Shown here piece by piece: positions 1-14,479 of a DNA stretch of 64,000 nt. The notes under the pieces were generated by a model. The model was not told the DNA's origin. It worked only from the letters and a program-made list of their open reading frames with translations, and did no database searches. The translations under genes were made by a program, and so were the position numbers. The stretch is from Malacoraja senta (lineage: Eukaryota), in the NCBI GenBank assembly GCA_038087875.1, contig CM075989.1, forward strand, positions 11,534,001-11,598,000, given 5' to 3'. Position 1 is the stretch's first letter, and each line of letters opens with the position of its first letter.

Positions 1-2349
1 CAACTGTTTCCTTTTTTCATTGCATGAAAGCATTTCATTCAGACATCATTAAGATGCGAAATAGTCAAGTTGAAACAAAGGCAAGGAAATTTCAAAAATG
101 CAAAAATAAATCATTGTAAATCATAAACATCAGGGAATCAATGTCTTGAAATTTACAGTCAATGTGAAGTAACAGAAAGTCATCAACATCCTTTCAAATA
201 GTTCCTTAAAAATGATCTGGCAAAACTGTGGCAAGAACCTCTGCTTTCCCAGACTTCTGATTGGTTCAGGCACAGGTTGAAGAGGATCCCTACAAGTCCA
301 AGCTTGCAAAGCTACCCAACTCTCATAGACAAAGGAAGAGATTCATTCATTTTAATTTAAGTTTTAACCATTTTACAACATACTAAAGATTGAAGCATAG
401 TAATTAAAACAGAAGCTGTACTATCAGAAAGGAAAACAAATATAAATATCCCTTACAGTAAATTATTTTTAAGGTAATTCAAATACACACACAATTTATT
501 ATTTTAGGACCAGAGAATTTGTTGTAATATTTCCCTGGTATATTAAAAAGACACTGGGTCAACCAAGTGGAACAAGGAAACTAATTAAATACAGACTGAA
601 ACATACAGTGGATTATAAAATGGTGGACATCAAGGGAGAAATTAAACTTTGCCAAATACACAAGCTATTCAAAAGTACAATTGGATAAAAGCATAAAGAC
701 CAAAACTGCATTGGTTTAACAAATGGGAGATTTATCAGAACAACTAATTTATATATTCTGTGTTGCAGGCCCTTATTCCATAAGAACTGTTTGTAACCCA
801 AACAGTTCACAAGTCAGAAATGCACCACCTACCAACATTTAAGCCAAAGCGTTTGGAAATGTAACAGGTTAGGTTAGGTATCATGTAACATAGCAGATGG
901 TGCCCGCAGTCCTGTAGCAGCAACAAATCCATCTTGTTCGTCTCCAAAATGCTCATTTGTATGCATAGCTTGCACATAAGGCAGGCATTGGAAGGACCTC
1001 TAGAGCTGCCCACCTTTTATTACAGTCATTCTGACAGAAAAAGTTGACAATGGGCAATGACTACAATGGTGCCAATACAAGTATAGTTATGTAAAGAATT
1101 AAAACAATGAGATGATTTTCATTGGAACAGAGTATAAGGCAATTTAATGGAGCTTGTGAAAATAATGAGAGCATTTGAATTATTAATTCCCATAACCAGT
1201 GAAGATATCAGCAATTTAAAAGTACTAAGAATAAGGAAAGAGTTGTTATAAACAATGGCATTCCAGTACGTAGCTGATCTAAAAGCATTACATCACCGGG
1301 GAAAATTAATTACAAACCTTTGGATTACACTAAAATACAGGGCTGCGAGGGAAGGGCAGTGGGATTAGTTTGACTTGCTCCTTTTCTATGAATGTTCAAG
1401 TGAGACCAATTTATGATGCAGGTTATTCTACCAACATTAATTCCTCTCAAAAGTCCATTACATATTCTGGAAGAGCAAGGTACAGAATAAAACACGTTTT
1501 AAATTCCAAGTTTAAAAAAAGTTACTCCAAAAGACCAATACCCCCTTAGAATGCTGAAAAATTGAGCTCATAAAGAGGCCTTGAGAGTTCTGTTTTTGTT
1601 ACAGTTAGCACAAGACCAAATTAAAGGTACTAGTGCCCTCTTCACTGATTAATGCATGGCCTTCCCCATGGAATAATATTTCGCCTTCATGTATTGCAAA
1701 TATCCAACTCCATTCAAGTCCCAGGGTAGCAACCACATTGGCCCTGGCAGCTAATACATAGTCCATCATGTTCGACAAAAAAAGTTACCAAATTGGGGCC
1801 TCGCATTCAGGAATAAAAAGTTTCTACAGTTCAATCACTGAGTCTTAAGTAGATAAACTATATGTAAAAGAAATATCAGTCTGAGTGTGAACAAGTACAT
1901 CCATATCATCTAGCAATAATCCCAGGCAGATATATTATTGGCTCAGACCCAGATATGGGATTGTCAGTGAATGATTAACTCTCGGAAACTATAATCTATA
2001 CCATGTCTAATATAGAATATAAATGGTGCTATATTTCTATTTTGCACACTTAGAATGAAATATTAAACAACAAATGAGTAATTCATTAAAGTCAGGAACT
2101 CGAGTAAGAGGAAATTTAATGTGGAAAAAATATTTCTACCAGTTCAACTACAAATAAATGACAAGGGAATAGTCTGTCCCTTAACCTCCAAATACAGTGA
2201 ATGAAAAGGCAACAAGAGATGAGGAATTAGTTTTTAATCCCCTAAAGTTTGCGACTACTGTGTGTGACCCTCCATTGCACTCTCAGAAATCAAGCATACG
2301 TTCCCTTCAATTTTTGTTCAATCTAGGTCAAGACAAGGAAGGTTTTGTT

Positions 2350-2820
2350 AGTCAAAAAACAATAGACAATAGACACCCAGCTTTGTGTCATCTGCAAATT
2401 TGCTAATGTTACTTTGAATCCCTTCATCTAAATCATTGGTATATTGTAAATAGCTGCGGTCCCAGCACCGAACCTTGTGGTACCTCACTAGACACTGCCT
2501 GCCATTCTGAAAGGGACCCATTAATCCCTACTCTTTGTTTCCTGTCTGCAAACCAATTTTCTATCCATGTCTGCACTCTACCCCCAATACCATGTGCCCT
2601 AATTTTGCCCACTAATCTCCTATGTGGGACCTTATCAAATGCTTTCTGAAAGTCCAGGTACACTACATCCACTGGCTCTCCCTTGTCCATTTTCCTAGTT
2701 ACATCCTCAAAAAATTCCAGAAGATTAGTCAAGCATGATTTCCCCTTTGTAAATCCACACTGACTCGGCCCGATCCTGTTACTGCTATCCAAATATGCCG
2801 CTATTTCATCTTTTATAATT
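2350..2820 (-). mobile_element. CR1 LINE ORF2 (RT) fragment
   Basis: GFTKGKSCLTNLLEFFEDVT...VYLDFQKAFDKVPH...VPQGSVLGPQLFTIY motifs in ORF 2433-2939. Confidence 0.92.
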
Positions 2821-2929
2821 GACAAAAGGCTGGAGGGACTCAGTGGGTCAGGCAGCATTTGTGGAGAGAATGGGCAGACAACATTTTGGGTCAGGATCCT
2901 TCTGCTTGGAGAAGGGGTGATAAAGCTGA

Positions 2930-4010
2930 AGGTAGACAAAAATGCTGGAGAAACTCAGCGGGTGAGGCAGCATCTATGGAGCGAAGGAATAGGTGACGTT
3001 TCGGGTCGAGACCCTTCTTCAGACTGATGAAGGGGTGGGGGGGCTGGAAGAAGCAGAGACAGTGGGTAGTGGGAGAGCTGGCAAGGGGGGGGGGAAGGAG
3101 GGAGAAAGCAAGGACTACCTGAAATTGGAGAAGTCAATGTTCATACCGCTGTGGTGTAAACCAAGCAAAATATGAGGTGCTGCTCCTCCAATTTGCAGTG
3201 GGACTCACTCTGGCCATGGAGGAGGCCCAGGGCAGAAAGGTCGGATACAGAATGGGAGGGGGAGTTGAAGTGCTGAGCCACTGGGAGATTGGGTTGGTTA
3301 ATGCAAACTGTGCGGAGGTGTTGGGCGAAGCGATCGCCAAGCCTGCGCTTGGTCTCACCGATGAAGAGCAGTTGACACCTAGAGCAGCGGATGCAATAGA
3401 TGAGGTGCAGGTGAACCTCTGCCTCGCCTGGAAAGACTGCTTGGATCCTTGGATGGAGTCGAGGGGGGGAGGTAAAGCGGCAAGTGTAGCATTTCCTGCG
3501 GTTGCAAGGGAAAGTACCAGGGGAGGGGGTAGTTTGGGTGGGAAGGGACGAATTGACCAGTGAGTTATGGAGGGAGCGGTCTCCGCAGAAAGCCAAAAGG
3601 GGAGGAGATGGGAAGATGTGGCCAGTGGCGGGATCCCATTGGAGGTGGCGAAAATGTCAGAGGATTATCTGTTGTATGTGACGGCTGGTAGGGTGGAAGG
3701 TGAGGACGGGGGGGGGGGATGTTTTACAAGTCCTTGTTATGAGTGGGGGGAATGGGGAGTGAGAGCAGAGCTACGGGATGTAGAAGAGACCCTGGTGAGA
3801 GCTTCATCTATAGTCAAAGAGGGGGACCCCCGTTCCCTAAAGAATGAGGACATCTCCGATGCCCTGGTTTGGAACACCTCATCCTGGGTGCAGATGCGGC
3901 GCAGACGGAGGATTTGGGACTAGGGGATAGAGTCCTTACAGGAAGCAGGGTAGGAAGAAGTGTAGTCCAGATAGTCATGGGAGTCAGTGGGTTTGTAGTA
4001 GAAAAAGCTG
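2930..4010 (-). mobile_element. Penelope-like element fragment (RT C-terminus, GIY-YIG endonuclease, terminal repeat with hammerhead motif)
   Basis: IYCIRCSRCQLLFIGETKRRLGDRFAQH (GIY-YIG), CNRRKCYTC linker, YKPTDSHDYLDYTSS motif; frameshifted. Confidence 0.9.
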
Positions 4011-5624
4011 TAGTAGATAATGCTGGAAGAGGTCGAGGTGGGGCAAATCCTGACCAGTGACATGTGAATACATATTGGGGGGGGGGGGGGGAGTGTGATT
4101 GGCAGATGGGTGAAGATAGTTACAAAGGCTAGAGGTGAAAAGACCAGGGTTGAGGGGAAGGGGGTGGCAGGGGCAGAGATTGGATAAAAGTGAAATGTGG
4201 GACTCGGGTTAGGAGATGAATGAATGGAGTGGAACGGAGCAAGGTGACTTGGGTGTGCGAGAAATGTGTGCACAAGAGAGGAGAGGTAGGGGAGTATTCT
4301 TTGAAATTGGAAAATTCAATGCTTATGCCATTGGGTTGCAAGCCATCCAAGGGGCATGCAAGGTGCTGTTCATCTGGTTTGCATGTGACCTCACTCTGGC
4401 AAAGCAGATAGAAATAAGCAGCGCAAGGGTGGAGAACCATAGAGTTGGAGGCTGTGAGGGGAGATAAGATCTGGAGATGGTGACCCAGTGTTCGCCAGCG
4501 AGGTCATGGTCAAGTGGTGGGCATGAGGAAGTGTCCGAGAACTGACACCTAACCTCAGCATGGAGGGGGTCATTCTGTCAGACTACAAAAGCCACTCCCT
4601 TTTTTGCTCATGCTCAGACTCACCATCTTCACCTTTTACATAAAAAGTTTCTCATCACTTTAAAATGTGTTTTTTATATTTACAATTTCAAACGAGCAGA
4701 CTAAACTGATGATCATTTGAATAAACCCAAAATACACAGGTGTTGTTCCCATAATCAACCGACAAGCACAAAATGATCCAACTACTTATTGCCACTTCTG
4801 GAACTATACTTCCTAAATAAATGAAAACACTTAACTAATAAGAGAAATGCATCAAATATTCCCCTAACTTCCTTTAAATTGCTTTGAATCATTTATGTGA
4901 TTGAATATAACCAAGTTAATAAAATTAAATTTCTTTATCACTTACTTCATGTCCCACACTATTTTCAAGCTGTTAAAGCAATTCCAGGAGAATAAAACTT
5001 TGCTAATGTTCCACATACAAATCAAAATGTCAATTTTTAATCACATTCTTGGCATAGTGGATTTGTTTAGAATGCAACATCTCTGCAGAAACTAGTTCGA
5101 ATTACTTTTTTAGCATCAGGTCATTTATTGGTTTACAGTAAAATATGGGAATAGGCAGGAAAATTATGTTAAGATAGAAGCTGTCAGGTTTGAGAGGATG
5201 AATGGCCTACTCTTGCTCCTATTTCTTCATTTCATGATATGTTCAGGTTTATTGTGTTATCAAGCTACTCCAACAAATCAAAATTGTCATTGATCAGATA
5301 TCAGGCAGAAGTGAACTATTGATATAATGTTACACACTGCAGGGTATAAATAGGTGTGTACTCTTTGCATTTATTTTATAACCTATCTATCACCTGCAGC
5401 TCGTGCTGACATGTTACAATCTTTGACTCTATTCATTTTATGGTAGCAGAGCATTAGAAGAAATTCAGTTTGTGGAACAAGGAAATATACAAATCATTTG
5501 GTATTTAGATGTGGCAACTACATCTTCCAACAGGTGGATTACCTTTCATAAAGCCTATCCCAAAGTTATATTTTCTTTGCTTTCTCATTGCACTGCAACA
5601 GGCACTTGGTAATATAGCCTGCTC

Positions 5625-8110
5625 ACATTAGAGTGATACAGTTTGGAAACATGCCCTTTGGCCCAACTCACCCACACCAGCCAACAATGCCCCAGCTACA
5701 CTAGTCCCACTTGCCTGCGTTTGGTTCATATCCCTCCAAACCTGTCCTATCTATGTACCTGTCTAGCTGTTTCTTAAACGATGAGGTAGTCCCAGCTTCA
5801 ATTAGACTGTGCATTTACCCAATCTATTCCACTCATGATTTTGTATACCTCTATAAGATCTCCCCTCATCCTCCTGCGCTCCATGGAATAAACTCTCTCT
5901 ATAGCTCACACCCTCTAGTCCTGGCAACATCCTCATAAATCTTTTCTGAACCTTTTCAAACTTGATAATATCTTTCCTATAACATGGTGTCCAGAACTGA
6001 AAACAATATTCTAAATACAGTCTCACCAATGTCTAAGACAACTGCAACACGACCTCCCAACTTCTATACTCAATATTCTGATTGGTGATGCCCAAAGAGC
6101 CATAAGCCTTTTTGACCACCTTATCTACCTGCAACTCGACCTTCAAGGAACCATGCACCTGTATGCCTAGATCCCCGTGCTCTACACTACCCAGAAGCCT
6201 ACCATTTACTGTGTAGGTCATGCCCTTGTTCAACATTCCAAAATGCAACACCTCACTTCTCTGTATTAAATTCCATCAACCATTCCTCTGCCCACCTGGC
6301 CAATCGATCCAGATCCTGCCCCAATTGTTCACAACCATCTTCACTATCTGGAAAACCACTAACTTTTGTATCAGCAAACTTGCTAATCTTGCCCTGTATG
6401 TTCTCATCCAAATCATTGATGTAGATGACAAACAGTAATGGGCCTAGCACCAAACCCTGAGGCACACTAGTCACAGGCATCCAGTCTGCGAAGCAACCTA
6501 CCACCATTAACCTCTGCTTCTTTCCATGGAGCCAATTTGCTATCCATTCAGTTATCTCTCCTTGGATCCCATGCGATCTAACCTTCCAGAGCAGCCTACC
6601 ATGTGGAACCTTGTCGAACACCTTACTGAAGTCCATGTGCACAACATCTACAGCTCTGTCCTCAACCTTTTTTGGTCACGTCTTCAAAAAAAATCAATCA
6701 GATTTTTGAGACACGACCTCCCACGTACAAAACCATGCTGACTCTCTCTAATCAGCCCTTGCCCATCCAAATGCCTGTATAACCTATCCCTCAGAATACT
6801 CTCCAGTAACTTACCAACTACAGATGTTAAGTTCACCGGCCTACGGTTCCCAGCATTTTCCCTGCAGCCCTTCTTGAAAAGAGATACAACAATTGCCACC
6901 CTTCAGCCTTCCGGCACCTCTCCTGTACTTAAGGACGACTCGTAAATTTCAACCAGGGCTCACACAACTTCCTCTCTAGTTTCCCACAATGTCTTCGGAT
7001 ATATCAGAACAGGCCCTGGAGATTTGTCTACCTTCAAACACGACAGTACCTTCAGTACTTTTTCAGCAGTAACCCCGACTGCTCTCCAGACACTACCAGT
7101 GACAGCTCCAATTTCCTCCATCCTATTGTCTTTCTCCTCGGTAAATACAGAGGATAAATACACATTTAGGACCTTGCCCATCTCTTGTGGCTCCAGACAG
7201 GTGACCGCTTTGATTCCCGAGAGGTCCCACTCTCTCTCTAGTTACCCTTTTCCCCCTTAAGTATTTATAAAATATTTTGGGATTGTCCTTAATACTACCC
7301 GCCAGAGCTATCTCCTGGCCCCCTTTTGCCCTTCTGATTTCCTTTTTTAGTTTACTCCTTAGTTCCCGAAACTCCTATAGGGATGCACTTGATCCCAGCT
7401 GTCTATACCTGTCACATGCATCCTTCTTGTTTTTGACTAACGTCTCAATTTCCCTCGTCAGTCAAGCTTCCGTACGTTTGCCTGTTTTGCCCTTCGCTCT
7501 AATGGGGACGTACACATCTTGAGCTCTCTTCAGTACACTTTTAAAAACATCCCACTTGGTCAATGTTCCTTTCCCCTCTAATAACATACTCCAGTCAACT
7601 TGAGCGAGACCTTCTCTCATACCCTCAAAGTTGGCCTTACCCCACCCAGTTGAGCATTTCAACATGTGGATCCTCTCTGTCCCTATCCATAACTATCTTA
7701 AACCTAATTGAACTGTGGTCCACTGGTCCAAAAAGGCTCCTCCACACACACTTCATTAACTTGCCCTTCCCAATTTCCCAATACTAGATCCAGCGTTGGC
7801 CTCTCACATGTGGGGGCCTCCACATACTGCTTAAAACTCTCCTGAACACTTGAGGAATTGCACCCCATCTGAACCCTTCGTGCTATGATTTTCCCAGTCT
7901 ATATTGGGACAGTTATAAACCCCTACTATAACAACCTTATTTGACCTGCAGCTAGCTGTCGGCAATCTCCCGGTGCATTTGTTCTTCTAACTCCCCTTGA
8001 CTATTCTGCGATCTGCAGTACACCCCCAACAAGGTGATCGTCCCTTTCTTGTTCCTCAGTTCCACCCATATAGCCTCACTAGACAAACCATCCGTAATGT
8101 CACCTCTGAA
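5625..8110 (-). mobile_element. CR1 LINE, ~2.5 kb degraded ORF2 (endonuclease to RT to 3' end)
   Basis: Collinear fragments: EAIWVELRNKKG, RPVNLTSVVGKLLESILRD, SQHGFVRGRSCLKNLIDFF, MDFSKVFDKVPH, KFADT, LEYCFQFW. Confidence 0.92.
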
Positions 8111-8335
8111 CACAGCCGTTTGCACATTCTCCCCATGACCACGTGGGTTTTCTCTGAGATCTTCGGTTTCCTCCCACACGCCAAATACGTACAGGTTCGT
8201 AGGTTAATTGGGTTGGTATAAATGTGAATTGTCAATTGTCCCTAGTGTGTGTAGATAGTGTTAATGTGCAGGGATTGCTGGTCAATGCAGACTCGGTGGG
8301 CTGAAGGGCCTATTTCTGCGCTGTATCTCTAAACT
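8110..8335 (+). mobile_element. HE1-type V-SINE fragment inserted in CR1
   Basis: V-domain-like ttctccccatgaccacgtgggtttt...ggtttcctcccac and CR1-like tail gaagggcctatttctgcgctgtatctctaaac. Confidence 0.75.
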
Positions 8336-9017
8336 TCTAGCCTCTCACTTACCTCTGTCCTGCACGAGATCCCACCCCCTTGCCAATCTAGTTTAAACCC
8401 ACCCGTGTAACATTCTATTTGTAGTGGTTTTTCCAAGGACAGATAACAAGATAATGCAGTCTCTGATGATTTCCCTTCATTCACACAATCATTCTATTCC
8501 TATGGGCATCACCTTCCCACACTCAGAATTTCAGTCATTTCCAATTTCAAATACCAATAGCAGAGACATTATCCACAGTTATTAATTCTACAACTGAATG
8601 TGTGTGTCACCACCCACGCCTTCAAACACCAACAAACTAAATTAATGTCATTGCCTCCAATTAGACACATCTGGGTCAAAGATCAGCACATGGATATGCT
8701 TGGAACAGAGGGACATGAATTATATGTAGGTTGATAAGATTAGTTTATCTTGGTATCATGGTCTGTACAAACATTGTGGTCTGAAGGGCCAGTTCTTCTA
8801 CTGTACATTTCTATGTTTTACATAAACCTGCTGCACTTTCAGTGCATGTAAAAGTATGAGCACCAAACATTTTCTGTAATAATTTGAGTAAAATGAATAA
8901 TAAATATGCAAAGTAAAGCCACAGGTGAGTGTATTTCATGTGGGAGACACAGTAAGCCAGTTCCAACATGCCTTTTTTCAACCCTGGGTTCACAGGTTCA
9001 ATTCCGTTGGTCTCAGA

Positions 9018-9114
9018 AGATGGACACAAAATGCTGGAGTAACTCAACAGGTCAGGCAGCATCGCTGGAGAAAAGGAATAGGTGACGTTTCGGGTCAAGA
9101 CCCTTCATCAGACG
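9018..9114 (-). mobile_element. Short Penelope-derived insert carrying a canonical minimal hammerhead motif
   Basis: 12-bp flanking direct repeat gttggtctcaga (9006-9017, 9115-9126). Minus strand reads CTGATGA-AGGGTCTTGACCC-GAAACGTC. Confidence 0.75.
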
Positions 9115-9302
9115 GTTGGTCTCAGATGGGTTCATAAGTGGGTGTACACCTATATTTTGTACCCGTGTGCCTAAGCCTATATAGATTTGGGCACAGCTAA
9201 CACTCACCCGCCCCTTGCATTTGATGAATGGGTCCACACCAATATTAGGGTATTGGTGGATTAAGCGAACTAGGTGCATCCATGACAAGTGATGTGTATG
9301 AT

Positions 9303-9417
9303 TGTACATGCTTCCTGTCACCACTTCAGATTCAACTTTATTGTCATTGTGCAGTGTACAGTACAGTTGAATCTGAAGTGGTGACAGGAAGCATGTACAT
9401 GCTTCCTGTCACCACTT
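9303..9417. repeat. Nested perfect inverted repeats (direct-inverted-direct triplication)
   Basis: 35-bp perfect arms at 9303-9337 and 9365-9399, overlapping a 42-bp spacerless palindrome at 9376-9417. Confidence 0.95.
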
Positions 9418-9824
9418 TACCCACCTTGCCTGGGTGTCTCACACCAATCTACCCACCATGTTCATAGTTCTAGGAGCAGAATTTGGCCATTCAGCCCATC
9501 AAGTTACTCTGCTATTTAATATTGGATGATCTATCCGTCCCTCTCAACCCCATCTGGTTTTCCCCATAACCCCAGACTCACTAATCAAGTTTGAGTGTCT
9601 CACTCACCCACTCCACCCACCGGGAAGAGGATGGTGTGCATGTACACAGGATCCTCATAGGAATCACACGGGCTACAGGTGCAAAGGGGCACGGTCAGCA
9701 CCCCAGGTATGAGGGAGTGGTATCCGGGTGTAGGTGTCCTGGGTGTCGGCTGGGCTGTGACAGCTTGTGTCTGTGCAAGTGCTCCAGCTTTTGGGGGAGT
9801 GCAGAGCATCCGAATCAGCACCTA

Positions 9825-10720
<896 letters not shown>

Positions 10721-13700
10721 TTGGGGAAATGAATTGGTGTGATGGAGGATAAAGTATCAACAACAACATTGATATTTACCTTCCGTAAACGAATACATTT
10801 CTACCACCTGCTTCCCCCTTGCATTTTACAATGTTCTCTTTGTAAACAATATTACATTGCTAAGAAAAACACACACAAAATGCTGGAGGAGTTCTGGCGT
10901 GCTGGCGGGTCAGGTAGCTTCTGCCGAGGGAAGGGACAGACGGCATCTCGGGTCGGGACCTTTCTTCAGGCTGCCCGTTTTATCGTTTTAAAAGATGTTG
11001 AGTCTTGGACGAACAATTAGCTACTTCCCATTTCATTTATTTCCAGTTCCAGGATATTATTTATTTAATCTTGATGTGTTCCTGTTAATTTACAGGATGT
11101 GATTGTCACTGGTATAGACTGTATTTATTACCCCTTTTCTAATTGCCCTTGAGAAGACAGAGTGAACTACATTCTCGAACCGCAGGTGCTTCCACAGTAC
11201 AATTGGGGAGGGAATTCCGGGGTTAATGATGATTAATAAATAGAGATATATTATCAAATCAGGATGATCTGTGTCTTGGAATCTGGTGACATCACCCAGT
11301 GAGCCCCAGGAAAATAACCTGCCATCCATCCCCAATCTGGTCTATGTGTGACTCCAATGTTATCAATCGGGTGATGTATTTGTCTCTTCAATGCTGGTGC
11401 AGTATAAAATAGATCAACCTAATGCTTAGATATGTATTCTGAATCTATCCCATTTAGCTAATTGAGAAATAAGGACCTGCAGATGCTGGTTAACATCCCA
11501 GGTCAAAGACCTTTCATCAGACCTGAAGATTCTTCAGTCTGCAATATTGGCTCTGCAAATACTTAATTCTTACTGTGTTTTGACATAATGGCTCTGATCT
11601 ACCTAGACTGAGCACTTGCTATACCATTTCAGAGAGAAATTCAGATTCTAATACACTGCTGCATATATTTCCTTCTCTAAAGCACATTAGTGAATGAACC
11701 AAGTGTATTTTCACGACATTCATTAGTTTCAATATCAGCATTACAATAAGAATGTTTTTTGATTCTAACTTTTTAAAACTAATTTAAGTACATTTAACTT
11801 CAGCTGTTTTGGAACACATTTTAATTAATATAAAAAATTCACCCTTGTATGTATTCTTGTTAAAGTTCATTAGGAAATCAAGAGCCAAGTGTATTATTGC
11901 CATATGTCCCGAAATGGAACAATTAAATTCTTACTTGTAGCAGCGCAAGTTCAACAGATTTGTAAACATTGTACACTGTATACATCATAATAAACAAAAA
12001 ACGTTCAGTGTATATATACATTTTAAAAAAAACAGTAATGCCCCCCAAGTCTATGTAGTTCAGAGCTGTGGGTCTCTGACAATGCTGGCTGTCTTTTTGA
12101 GGCAGCAACTATCATAGATCCCTTCGATGGTGGGAGGTCAGTACCCGTGATGGACTGGGCAGTGTTCAGCAATTCTTCACCTTTCTTCTGTAAAAATATC
12201 TTCACCGTTCTACTGAATGAAGCAGTGGCCTTAAGAATGGGTTCAAATTAAAGATTTTCTCAGTAGCTGGGCATCTTTAACTTTGAATTTCATGACTTCA
12301 ATAAATGTAGTCCAGTCGGGTTTGTTGTCATATGCTCAAATACGATGAGGTACAGGTGCAATGAAAACGTTGCCTCTGCAGCAACATGACAGATACATAG
12401 ATTCAGAGAGCACACAAAAATGTGAATTATACATAAATTACACATGTTCTACAAGTGTAAAGAAAAGGTCTGTGTAAAAACAAGACTTTCGTGCAAAGCA
12501 CAATTAGTTAACATGTAAGGGAGTGCAGGTTCACTGTATTTGGGTCCACGTGACAATAATAAATCAGTATCAATATTGAATGTAGATTACAAGATTCTGC
12601 CCAAGTCCCTGTGTACGTTTGTCATGAAGGAGTGAAAAGGAATGCAATGATCTTTAGCAAGGTTTGTCCCAAGCAGCTTTGTAATGCAGTACTCTGTGCA
12701 GTTTTACATGTTTTGCCTTTTGCACAGAAACATAGTGAGACAAATATTGAATGCTGCAAGAAAATCATCACTCAGTGAAAGAAGAACTTTGGCCTGCTCG
12801 TAACATTTGTCTCCAAAGCATAGAGATGTCCACAACTGATTGCACATTCTATAGTGCGGGAGTGTGTGCTGAGGAATGCACTGAAGCCTGATGAAGCAAC
12901 AATCTAGGGTCATGCGTCACTGGACATGGCAGGCCTGTCCCATGTACAGCTTCTCAAATGCTTCAAGGCTGCATCATTTAACAGTGAAACATTGGAAATG
13001 ATGACTTTTTTTTAAGGAAATGTGCTGAATTGCTTGAATTTTTAAAAATGTTGTGTCCCAATTGCATTCACTGTACATATTGTGAAGATAATGTATTGTT
13101 GGGGGGAAATAAAATGTGTGTCCTCGTGATCTCCAGATCAATAATGAATGTTTTAGCAACAACCCCCTGATTTTGCCTGGAGAAATCACATTAATGATGT
13201 GACTGCCAACTGTTGCATGTGATAGCAACTTCTGAGTACCCTTGCAAGTGCAGAAGCCCTGAACTGCCATTAGTTATTTCTCAATAATAATTTAGAGCCC
13301 TGCGGCCAAATGCAAGAGCGTGAAGATTACACCAGATCATGCTTCAGGCCTCATCTAAACAAATTCAGGTGTACCACAGTAACAGTGGTTCTGAAAATAA
13401 CAGCTGTGTTGACCCAGGAAGCTTTCAGTTAATGTACATATACAGTTAGTATTTTAGATTATTGACATGTTTTTAAAATGAATATAAATGTTTGCAGTGT
13501 TATTTTGTAAAACTAAATAATTTCATTTTTTTTATAATTTGAAGGTTTGTAATTATTTGAACGGATATGAGAAATATTCGGTAGTTCAAAGCCTTAACAG
13601 CTGGTTAATGGCGCATGACTTAGCTGGCTGTCAAAGAGCTTTGGGCTAGTTTCATGGGCGGGCCTCGTTTTGGTTCACTCACTCCATGATTCTGCTGCCA

Positions 13701-14479
13701 GGCAGTGGTTTCCCCCGTTGGATCAGCTTGGGGTTGCAAGGTGTCATCTGGGATTGACTTACAAGTAAATCCGGATTTAATGCATTAGTCGGAGATGAGA
13801 ACTGAGAAGCTCCCCTTCTTAGGAAATTCTGCTCAATTATTCAATAATTTCTTGATAGGAAATGAAGACATGAATACATTAAGTAGCTGCATTCATTTCC
13901 TATCCAAATTAATTGACAAGATGGCTGGCGGAAGTCTAGGGATAATAACCTTGGACTTTTACTCCAGATTCCATCATGTCAGTTTTGAATTGAAAGATAA
14001 CTGGAAGTGGAAAGTTTTTGATTCTATGGCACATTTCAAAGAAGGTCTGGGGAGCTCCAGTCAGTCCAAAATTGGTCCCACCACCATAATTAAAAGGTAT
14101 GGTTACGAATATGCTGCTTTATGTCAGAGTTTGCTGTATGTAAACTGCTCATTTCCCACATTATAACGGTGTCAATTCTACATTTAATTAATTCTGGTCC
14201 ATTTCAGGCCAGTAACAGGGTCGGAGCCTCCAGTTTCCCTCAGGCTTTAGTTTCCTGTCCGAGTGTGGAGGGGGGAGGACTACAAGACGAGCTTTGCCGT
14301 TTTTAATTATTAAACGACTGGTCAATTAAGCAATGTGATCGATTTCAAAGTTCTCATCCTTCTCTTCACTCGGCTTCCCTTCATATCTTTGTAATCTTCT
14401 CCAACCCTGTGACATTCTGAGATCTCAGTGTTCTTCTATTTCTGGCATCTTGATTTCCTTGAAATGAATCTCATACAAA

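Noticed and set aside
1..9300. Search for the next exon of the GOLM2-like gene or for CTDSPL2 exons
   Set aside because: No minus-strand segment with the expected RTEVARGRLEKRN-like peptide or other convincing coding homology was found by eye; a short or divergent exon cannot be excluded.
13795..14166. 123-aa ORF
   Set aside because: No recognisable domain or splice context; resembles decayed LINE-derived sequence.
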